64,000 bases of DNA from NCBI GenBank assembly GCA_041648735.1, contig JBAZOO010000005.1, positions 65,862 to 129,861 on the forward strand, written 5' to 3'. Below are positions 43,434 through 50,688 of this stretch, piece by piece. A program made the position numbers and the translations under genes. Numbering within the stretch: position 1 is the stretch's first letter; every line of letters begins with the position of its first letter. Below the pieces are notes generated by a model. It did no database searches. It was not told the DNA's origin and saw only the letters and a program-made list of their open reading frames with translations. Origin of the DNA: Lentisphaeria bacterium (GTDB lineage Bacteria > Verrucomicrobiota > Lentisphaeria > Oligosphaerales > CAITYL01).

Positions 43434-44066
43434 ATGGGCATTGCGCCGATGGCAGAGAAGCAACGGCTGCGTTCCCGGTTGCGGGAGCAGGGGCGCCACT
43501 GGGATCCGGCCACCACGGCGGACGCCAGTCGGCGCATCCGTGACCGGCTCCGGGAACTGCCCGAATTCCGGGCGGCCAGCACGGTCGCGATCTTTTGGGC
43601 AATGCCGGGCGAAGTGGAGCTGGCGGAGCTGGCGGCGGCGGCGCTCGCCGCCGGCCGGCAGGTGTGGCTGCCGCGGTTCGAGCCGCGGAGCGGCGACTAC
43701 CGGATGGTGATGGTGGCCGACTTGCGGCGCGACCTGGTGCCGGGGGCGTTCGGCATTGTGGAGCCGCGGCCGGAGTTGCCGGCGGTGGCGGCCACGGCGG
43801 GGGCGGACGTGCTTTGGCTGGTGCCCGGCCTCGGCTTCGACCGGCAAGGCGGGCGGCTGGGGCGCGGCAAAGGGTTCTACGACCGGCTGCTGGCCGGCGC
43901 TGGCGGCTGCAAGGCCGGGGTCGCCTTTGCCTGGCAGCTCCTGCCGGCCGTGCCCGTCGCGCCGCACGACATCCGGATGGACCTGGTGGTCACCGAGCGG
44001 GAGACGGTGCGGGTGCGCCGTCCAGAAGAACCAGAACAACCAGAACAACCTCTGACCGAAGGATGA
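43434..44066 (+). CDS. 5-formyltetrahydrofolate cyclo-ligase
   Basis: Start is an internal ATG (43449 is also possible). Motifs GEVEL, LPRF, VPGLGFDRQGGRLGRGKGFYDR. Confidence 0.8.
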   Translation: MGIAPMAEKQRLRSRLREQGRHWDPATTADASRRIRDRLRELPEFRAASTVAIFWAMPGEVELAELAAAALAAGRQVWLPRFEPRSGDYRMVMVADLRRDLVPGAFGIVEPRPELPAVAATAGADVLWLVPGLGFDRQGGRLGRGKGFYDRLLAGAGGCKAGVAFAWQLLPAVPVAPHDIRMDLVVTERETVRVRRPEEPEQPEQPLTEG

Positions 44067-44073
44067 GATAGCC

Positions 44074-45654
44074 ATGTGGGAAATCCTGCAAAGCCTGAAA
44101 GAGACCCTTGCCGACCAGGCGAACCTGGTCATGATGGCCGTTTCCGTCGTCTGTTTCCTGGCCGGCTTCGGCATCAAGACCATTGTGGACCGGGCCGCCG
44201 GCCGGGATGCCGACAAGGCGCGGGCGAACGCCCGGCAGGATGCGGAGGCCATCCTGCGCGACGCCCGGCTGGCCGCCAAGGAGGAGGCCATCACGGCCAA
44301 GGAGGCGTTCGAGCGCGCCACCCGCGAACGCCGCCAGGAACTGGCCAAGCTCGAGGAGCGGATGGAGCTGCGCGAGGAGACCTTGGACCGGCGTTCGGCC
44401 AGCGTCGAGAACCGCGCCGGCGACCTCGACCGCCGCGAACAGCGGCTGCACGCCGACGAGAAACGGATCCAGGCCGGACTCGAACAGGCGCAGCAGGCCC
44501 GCCAGCGGGAAGAGCGCGAGCTGGAGCGGATCGCCGGCTTGAGCCGCGATGCCGCCCGCGAGCAGATCCTTGCCCGGCTTGGCACGGAGCTGGAGGCCGA
44601 GCGGGGCGCCCTGGTCCGCCGCCACCAGGAGGAGTGCCGGCAGGAACTGGAACGGGAAGGGCGCGAGATCATGGTCAATGCCATGGAACGCTATGCCGGC
44701 GACTGCGCCTACGAGCGCACCACGGCCACCATCCCCCTGCCCAACGACGAGATGAAGGGGCGCATCATCGGCCGCGAGGGGCGCAACATCCGCGCCATCG
44801 AGGCCGCCACCGGCGTCAGCGTGCTCATTGACGACACGCCCGAGGCGGTGGTCATTTCCTGCTTCGACCCAGTCCGCCGCGAGATCGGCCGGGTGGCGAT
44901 GGAACGGCTGATCGCCGACGGCCGCATCCACCCGACCAGGATCGAGGAGATTGTGGAAAAGGTCAGCAAGGAGATTGACGGCGAGATCCTCAAGGCCGGG
45001 CAGGCGGCCGTGGAGCGGCTCGGGATCACCGGGGTCAAGCCGCCCCTGGTCAAGCTGCTTGGCCGCCTCAAGTACCGCTACAGCTATTCCCAGAACGTCC
45101 TCGCCCATTCGGAGGAGGCCGCCTATTTCATGGGCGCCATCGCCGCCCAGCTTGGCCTGGACGAACGCAAGGCCCGCCGCATCGGCCTTTTCCATGACCT
45201 CGGCAAGGCAGTTGACCACGAGGTGGAAGGCTCGCACGCCATCATCGGCAGCGACCTGCTCAAGCGCAACGGCGAGGATGACGACGTGGTCCGTGCCGTC
45301 GCCTGCCACCACGAGGAGGCCGAATGCCCCTCCCTCTACGGCGCGCTGGTCAAGCTCAGCGACAAGCTCAGCGCCAGCCGCCCCGGCGCCCGCTGCGAGA
45401 CCACCGAACTCTACCTGAAGCGGCTGGAGCAGCTCGAAGCCATCGGCCGCGCCTTCCCCGGCGTCGAGAACTGCTACGCGATCCAGGCCGGGCGCGAACT
45501 CCGCATCCTGGTCCAGCCCGAACGGATCAGCGAGGAGCGGGCGGCGGCGCTGGCCCACGACGTGGCCCGCAAGGTCGAGCAGGAAATGCGCTATCCCGGC
45601 CAGATCAAGGTCACCGTGGTCCGCGAGACCCGCGCCAGCGGCCTGGCAAGCTGA
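44074..45654 (+). CDS. rny: ribonuclease Y
   Basis: N-terminal membrane helix, a long coiled-coil, KH domain MKGRIIGREGRNIRAIEAATGV, and HD domain HSEEAAYFMG...LFHDLGKA. Confidence 0.95.
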   Translation: MWEILQSLKETLADQANLVMMAVSVVCFLAGFGIKTIVDRAAGRDADKARANARQDAEAILRDARLAAKEEAITAKEAFERATRERRQELAKLEERMELREETLDRRSASVENRAGDLDRREQRLHADEKRIQAGLEQAQQARQREERELERIAGLSRDAAREQILARLGTELEAERGALVRRHQEECRQELEREGREIMVNAMERYAGDCAYERTTATIPLPNDEMKGRIIGREGRNIRAIEAATGVSVLIDDTPEAVVISCFDPVRREIGRVAMERLIADGRIHPTRIEEIVEKVSKEIDGEILKAGQAAVERLGITGVKPPLVKLLGRLKYRYSYSQNVLAHSEEAAYFMGAIAAQLGLDERKARRIGLFHDLGKAVDHEVEGSHAIIGSDLLKRNGEDDDVVRAVACHHEEAECPSLYGALVKLSDKLSASRPGARCETTELYLKRLEQLEAIGRAFPGVENCYAIQAGRELRILVQPERISEERAAALAHDVARKVEQEMRYPGQIKVTVVRETRASGLAS

Positions 45655-45829
45655 TCGCGGAACGGACCGGATTTTGGGGCGGGCATGGCATGTCGCCGAA
45701 ATTCCGGTCCGATGGGACGCCCCTTCAGGGCTCAACCGGTGTTGGGACGGAAACCTGGGGCGGCGCCACGCTCTGCCCCAGGCTGTCATGGTGCGCCCCT
45801 TGGGATCTGACGGGTGAGCGGGCACGCCG

Positions 45830-45857
45830 TTGCCTTTCCTTGCCGCCACGTTATAGT
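45830..45857 (+). promoter_or_regulatory. sigma-70-like promoter candidate for tRNA-Thr
   Basis: TTGCCT-16 nt-TATAGT. The -10 ends 26 nt before the tRNA 5' end. Confidence 0.45.
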
Positions 45858-45882
45858 AAACGCCCGGCATTGCCTTCCGTTC

Positions 45883-45958
45883 GCCAGTGTAGCTCAGTTG
45901 GTAGAGCAGCGGTTTCGTAAACCGCAGGTCACCGGTTCAAGTCCGGTCACTGGCTCCA
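45883..45958 (+). tRNA. tRNA-Thr (anticodon CGT), CCA encoded
   Basis: Manual cloverleaf:
- acceptor GCCAGTG/CACTGGC
- D stem GCTC/GAGC
- anticodon stem GCGGT/ACCGC with loop TTCGTAA
- T arm ACCGG-TTCAAGT-CCGGT
- discriminator T, then CCA. Confidence 0.9.
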
Positions 45959-46010
45959 GTCTTCCCCGCCCAGGGCATTCCCGGCGCCACCAACTTCGCG
46001 CCGGGGCGGG

Positions 46011-46886
46011 TCAGGCGCCCCCGCTGGGGAGGCTTCGCCGGCGGTACTCCCGGGGCGGGAGGCCGGTCGCCGCCCGGAAGCGGCGGGTGAAGTAATTGGC
46101 ATCCCGGAAGCCGCAGAGCGCCGCCACCGTCTTCACGTCCTGCCCCGGGAGGCGCAGCAGTTCCTCCGCGCGCCGGAGCCGCCGTTGCAGCAGGTATTCC
46201 AGCGGCGTGGCGCCCACCGCCTGCCGGAAGATGCGCGTCAGCGTGCTTTCGGAGACCCGCCCGAGCCGGGCCAGCTCCGGCACGGTCAGCGGTTCCCGGT
46301 AATGGCAATCCACATGGCTGATCACCTCCCCGATCCGCACCAGGTCCGCCCGCGGCGCCGCCACGCCGGCCGAGGCCCAGCGGGAGCAGGCGACGACCAC
46401 CTCCAGCAGCAGCCCCGCCGAACGGGCGGCGAACCCTGGCTGGCGGTGGCGCAGTTCCGTTTCCATCGCCTCGGCCAGCGGCCGGATCTCGGCCAGTTGC
46501 GCCGCCGTCAAGTGCAGGCGGCTCCGGAAGCGATCCCGGTTCCGGTAGCGCGGCTCCAGTCCGAACAGCACGTGGTAGCCGGGAAGGCTGTGCAGGTCGA
46601 ACAGCGGCAGGGGCAGGCCGGCGGCATCGAAGAGGATGTTCGCCAGCAGGAGGTCGCGCGGCTGACGGTAGGCGTGGGCGCGGCCGCTGGGGATCACGAA
46701 GGTGTCGCCGGCGCCGAGTTCATACGCCTCGCCGCCGGTGAGATGGGTGCAGCCGCCTTCCAGGATGAGCACCAGTTCGGTGAACTCGTGGGTGTGCGGC
46801 TCGGAGCGCGGGTTCCGCCAGAGCTGCACGGCCAGCGGCAGGCCGGCCGCCCCGAAAACCTCCTGGTTCCCAATCTTGCGCATCAT
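46011..46886 (-). CDS. AraC family transcriptional regulator (cupin sensor + HTH)
   Basis: Start is the internal ATG (MMRKIGNQ). Cupin-like HTHEFTELVLILEGG. C-terminal AraC HTH: LTVPELARLGRVSESTLTRIFR...GFRDANYFTRRFR. Confidence 0.85.
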   Translation of the reverse strand: MMRKIGNQEVFGAAGLPLAVQLWRNPRSEPHTHEFTELVLILEGGCTHLTGGEAYELGAGDTFVIPSGRAHAYRQPRDLLLANILFDAAGLPLPLFDLHSLPGYHVLFGLEPRYRNRDRFRSRLHLTAAQLAEIRPLAEAMETELRHRQPGFAARSAGLLLEVVVACSRWASAGVAAPRADLVRIGEVISHVDCHYREPLTVPELARLGRVSESTLTRIFRQAVGATPLEYLLQRRLRRAEELLRLPGQDVKTVAALCGFRDANYFTRRFRAATGLPPREYRRRSLPSGGA

Positions 46887-47011
46887 GACGGAATCATCCT
46901 GGTTTTTGCCGGAATAATCTAGCCTGCCGGGGCGGAAACGGCAGCCGGAGCGCCTACAGTAGCCATGTCCTGAGCACCGATCCTTTGGGCAATCCATTCC
47001 CGGAGAGGAGA

Positions 47012-48049
47012 ATGAAGATGACTTCAGCCGCCATGACCACCCGCGAACGCTTCCACGCCGTGATGAATTTCCAGCCGTTTGACCGTCTGCCGCTTTTGGA
47101 GTGGGCGGCGTGGTGGGACAAGACCATTGACCGCTGGCATGGGGAGGGGCTGCCCGCCGCCATCACGGACCGCTACGACATCTGCCGCCACTTCGGCCTG
47201 GACCTCTACTGCCAAGAATGGATCGCCCCGCGCGGCCCCGGCTGCCCCTGGCCGGCCAGCCACGGCGCCCCGCTCATCCAGACGCTGGACGACTACCGCC
47301 GGCTCCGGCCGCATCTCTATCCGCGGCTCGCCGCCGACACCTTGGACGGCTGGCGGCGGTTCGCGGAACTCCAGCGGCGCGGCGAGGCCGTGCTGTGGTT
47401 CACCTTGGACGGCTTCTTCTGGTTCCCCCGCACCCTGCTCGGCATCGAACCGCACCTCTATGCCTTCTACGACCAACCGGAACTCATGCACGAGATCAAC
47501 CGCGACCTGGCGGAGTGGATGCTGGCGGTGGTGGACGCCCTCTGCGCCGTCGCCACCCCCGATTTCATGACCTTTGCCGAAGACCTGAGCTACAACCACG
47601 GCCCCATGCTCTCCGAGCCGCTCTTCGACGAGTTCCTGGCGCCCTATTACGGCCGCATCCTGCCCCGGCTGCGGGAACGCGGCATCCTCGCCATCATTGA
47701 CTCCGACGGCGACGTGACCGTTCCGGCGCACTGGTTCGAGCGCACCGGCCTCCAAGGCATCCTCCCGCTCGAACGGCAGGCCGCCGTGGACATTGCCCGC
47801 CTGCGCCGCGACCATCCGCGGCTGCGCTTCATCGGCCATTTCGACAAGATGACCATGGCCCGCGGCGAGGAGGCCATGCGCCAGGAGTTCGAGCGCCTCC
47901 TGCCCACGGCTGCCCAGGGCGGGTTCCTCATCAGTTGCGACCACCAGACGCCGCCCGGCGTCCCCTATGCCAACTACCAGACCTATCTCCGCCTCTTCCG
48001 CGAGTATGCGGATCGCGCCGGCGCGCGGTCGCGGGGCGCAATGGCGTGA
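47012..48049 (+). CDS. uroporphyrinogen decarboxylase (URO-D)/MtaA-like family protein
   Basis: Start ATG is preceded by GGAGAGGAGA. Motifs TTRERFHAVMNFQPFDRLP and ...FAEDLSYNHGPMLSP..F.EF..PYY.RI... fit the URO-D superfamily. Divergent from the AraC gene. Confidence 0.7.
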   Translation: MKMTSAAMTTRERFHAVMNFQPFDRLPLLEWAAWWDKTIDRWHGEGLPAAITDRYDICRHFGLDLYCQEWIAPRGPGCPWPASHGAPLIQTLDDYRRLRPHLYPRLAADTLDGWRRFAELQRRGEAVLWFTLDGFFWFPRTLLGIEPHLYAFYDQPELMHEINRDLAEWMLAVVDALCAVATPDFMTFAEDLSYNHGPMLSEPLFDEFLAPYYGRILPRLRERGILAIIDSDGDVTVPAHWFERTGLQGILPLERQAAVDIARLRRDHPRLRFIGHFDKMTMARGEEAMRQEFERLLPTAAQGGFLISCDHQTPPGVPYANYQTYLRLFREYADRAGARSRGAMA

Positions 48050-48080
48050 CCGGACTGGCGAAAAAAATCAGGATGCGCGG

Positions 48081-48108
48081 TTGCAGGGCCGCGGAAGCGT
48101 GCTAAAGT
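48081..48108 (+). promoter_or_regulatory. sigma-70-like promoter candidate for tRNA-Ala
   Basis: TTGCAG-16 nt-TAAAGT. The -10 ends 26 nt before the tRNA 5' end, the same geometry as the tRNA-Thr promoter. Confidence 0.45.
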
Positions 48109-48133
48109 ACAGTCTCGTTGTCCGCCACTCCGT

Positions 48134-48210
<77 letters not shown>

Positions 48211-48226
48211 TTTTTTCCGCCCGTGA

Positions 48227-48268
48227 AACGCCGTCCCGCCACTGGTCGCGGGGCGGCGTTGCCGTTTT
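48227..48268 (+). terminator. rho-independent terminator candidate after tRNA-Ala
   Basis: AACGCCGTCCCGC-loop-GCGGGGCGGCGTT (one G-U pair), followed by GCCGTTTT. Confidence 0.45.
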
Positions 48269-48313
48269 CCGCGGCAATCCGGCCGCGCTCCCGGGCCACA
48301 TTATGGTATCGGC

Positions 48314-49729
48314 ATGACGCCCTTGGCTGACCATCCCCTGGTCCGGCAGGTCGCCGCGTTCTGCCGGCGGCAGGGACTGCTGGCCGGCGCCGGCGCCGTG
48401 CTGGCCGGCTTCAGCGGCGGCGCCGACAGCACGGCGCTGCTGCTGATCCTGCACGCCCTGGCGCCGGAACGGCTCCGGGCCGTCCATTTCCACCACGGCC
48501 TGCGGGGGGCGGCGGCGGACGCTGACGCGGCCTGGTGCCGGGATTTCTGCGGAGTCCGCAGCATCCCCCTCCGGTTGGAGGCGCTGGCGGTGCCGCGGCA
48601 GCGGCGGCGGGGGGAAAGCCTGGAGGCGGCGGCGCGGCGGTTGCGGCTTGCGGCCTGGCGGCGGCTGGCGCTGGCGGAGTCCGCCGCCGCGGTCGCCTTG
48701 GGGCACCATGCCGACGACCGGCTGGAGACGCTTCTGCTGCGCCTGGCCCGCGGCGCCAACGCCAGCGGCCTGGCGGCGCCGCGGCCAGTGGCAGTGTTGG
48801 ACGGCGTGCGGCTGGTCCGGCCGCTGCTGGAGTGCCGCCGGGCGGAGCTGGCGTCGTTCCTGCGGGAACAGGGGATTGCGGAGTGGCGTGAGGATGAGAG
48901 CAACCGCGACCTCCGGCTGTTGCGCAACGCCGTGCGCCACCGCTGGCTGCCGCTGATCCGCGCCGACCTCGGCCATGACCGTGGCCTCCTGGCGACGCTG
49001 CGGGCGCTGGATGCGGATGCCGCCTTCCTGGAGGCGGCCGCCCTGCGGGCCGCGGAGTCCGCAACGCCGGGGCTGGCGGCGCTGCGGCCGCTGCCGGCGG
49101 CGCTGCGGCCGCGGGTGCTGCGGCAGTGGCTCACGGCCGCCGCGGGCGCGGACTGGATTGCGCCGGAATCGCTCCTGCGGCGGGTGGAGGCGGCCCTGGC
49201 CAAGCCTGGCCCCTGCCGGATCCCGGTTGCCGGCGGCCGGTTGCTGGTGCTGGAAGAGGCGGGGTTGCGGCTGGCGCCGGCGCCGCTGCCGGCCGCCGCG
49301 GCGGTGGCGGTTGCGGAGTCCGCAACCATTGCCTGGGATTGGCGGGCGTGCTCAGAGCTGGCGCTGCCTGGGGGTGCCACGCTCGTGGCGGCCGAAGGGC
49401 CGGCGCCGGCGGATCCCGTCGCCGCCAGCGGGCGCGACACCGCCTGGTTCGCCGCCGCCGCGCTGCCGCCGGTCTTGCAGGTGCGCTTCTGGCGGCCGGG
49501 GGATCGGCTGCGGCCGTTCGGGGCGCAGTTCACGAAGAAAATCCAGGACATCCTGGTGGATGCCAAGATCCCCCGGGAACGGCGCGGCCGGATTCCGCTG
49601 CTGCTGGCCGGCACGGCACCGGCCTGGCTCGCCGGGGTCTGCCGTGCGGAGTTCGCCCGGCTCCGGGGGGTGGCGGGCGAGCCGGCGGTGTGCATCCGGC
49701 TGCTGTGGCCCGGCGCCGCCGCGCCATAA
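48314..49729 (+). CDS. tilS: tRNA(Ile)-lysidine synthase TilS
   Basis: PP-loop SGGADSTALL, HFHHGLRG, LGHHADDRLETLLLRLARG, and a C-terminal domain ending ...RIPLLLAG. Confidence 0.85.
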   Translation: MTPLADHPLVRQVAAFCRRQGLLAGAGAVLAGFSGGADSTALLLILHALAPERLRAVHFHHGLRGAAADADAAWCRDFCGVRSIPLRLEALAVPRQRRRGESLEAAARRLRLAAWRRLALAESAAAVALGHHADDRLETLLLRLARGANASGLAAPRPVAVLDGVRLVRPLLECRRAELASFLREQGIAEWREDESNRDLRLLRNAVRHRWLPLIRADLGHDRGLLATLRALDADAAFLEAAALRAAESATPGLAALRPLPAALRPRVLRQWLTAAAGADWIAPESLLRRVEAALAKPGPCRIPVAGGRLLVLEEAGLRLAPAPLPAAAAVAVAESATIAWDWRACSELALPGGATLVAAEGPAPADPVAASGRDTAWFAAAALPPVLQVRFWRPGDRLRPFGAQFTKKIQDILVDAKIPRERRGRIPLLLAGTAPAWLAGVCRAEFARLRGVAGEPAVCIRLLWPGAAAP

Positions 49730-49751
49730 GCCCCATGGGGCTCATGGGCTC
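49725..49751. repeat. three 9-nt units of the CATGGGnnn family
   Basis: CATAAGCCC CATGGGGCT CATGGGCTC, located between the convergent tilS and mutM genes. Confidence 0.6.
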
Positions 49752-50585
49752 TCAGCGCTGGCAGTGGGGGCAGCGGTAGGTGGCGCGGCCGGCGAGGCGG
49801 AGGCGCTCGATGGAGTGGCCGGGGCCGCAGCGGCGGCAGTCTTCGCCGGCGTGGCCATAGATTTGGAGCTGGCGGCTGAAGTGGCCTTCGCTGCCGTCGG
49901 CGGAGCGGAAGTCGCGGATGGTGGTGCCGCCGGCGCGGATGGCGTCGGCCAGCACGCCCTTGATTTCGGCGGCGAGCCGGTCGCAGGCGTGGCGGGAGAG
50001 GTGGCCGGCGGGGGTGCGCGGGTCGAGGCGGGCGCGGAAGCAGGCCTCGTTGGCGTAGATGTTGCCGACGCCGGCGACCAGCTCCTGCTGCATGATCCAG
50101 GCTTTCACGGCGGTGCGCCGGCCGTGGGCGTGGTGATGGAGGTGGGCGCCGTCGAAGGCGGGGGCGAGGGGTTCGGGGCCGAGGCTGGCGAGGCTGGGCG
50201 GTTCGGCGCCGGCGGCGGGCAGGCGGCAGCATTCGACGCTGCCGAAGCGGCGGGGATCCTGGAAGCGCAGGGAGGTGCCGTCGTCCAATTCCCAGGTGAC
50301 GCGGTCGTGGGGGCGGTGGGGGGCGGCGGCCGGGTCGAGGTGGAAGGTGCCGGTCATGCCGAGGTGCAGGATCAGGGCGTGGCGGTCCTCCAGTTCGAGC
50401 ACGAGGAACTTGGCGCGGCGGCGGAGGTCGAGGATCTGGCGGCCGGCGCAGGCGTTGCGGAGGGCGGCGGCGTCCAGGGGTGTCCGCAGGCGGCCGACGA
50501 GCGGGCGCACGTCAAGGAGGCGGCGGCCGACCAGGCTGGGGCGGAGGGCGCGGCAGACGGTTTCGACTTCAGGCAGTTCGGGCAT
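49752..50585 (-). CDS. mutM: formamidopyrimidine-DNA glycosylase MutM/Fpg
   Basis: MPELPEVETV N-terminus (catalytic Pro2/Glu3), the H2TH region, and a C-terminal zinc finger CRRCG...YRCPHCQ. Confidence 0.9.
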   Translation of the reverse strand: MPELPEVETVCRALRPSLVGRRLLDVRPLVGRLRTPLDAAALRNACAGRQILDLRRRAKFLVLELEDRHALILHLGMTGTFHLDPAAAPHRPHDRVTWELDDGTSLRFQDPRRFGSVECCRLPAAGAEPPSLASLGPEPLAPAFDGAHLHHHAHGRRTAVKAWIMQQELVAGVGNIYANEACFRARLDPRTPAGHLSRHACDRLAAEIKGVLADAIRAGGTTIRDFRSADGSEGHFSRQLQIYGHAGEDCRRCGPGHSIERLRLAGRATYRCPHCQR

Positions 50586-50589
50586 GGCG

Positions 50590-50606
50590 TTTTTTTTGGG
50601 GGGGGG
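50590..50606. repeat. adjacent homopolymers T8 G9 (C9 A8 on the mutM strand), 4 nt upstream of the mutM ATG
   Basis: Read directly: T at 50590-50597 and G at 50598-50606. Confidence 0.85.
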
Positions 50607-50628
50607 AGAGCCGCGGGCTGCGGGGAGC

Positions 50629-50664
50629 CATGAGACGCATGGGACTCATCGGGCTGATCGGATC
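50629..50664. repeat. four 9-nt units related to CATGGGACT
   Basis: CATGAGACG CATGGGACT CATCGGGCT GATCGGATC, located between the mutM start and the stop of the TPR membrane protein gene. Confidence 0.6.
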
Positions 50665-50688
50665 CCTGGGTCGCCCGCCGGCCCTTGG

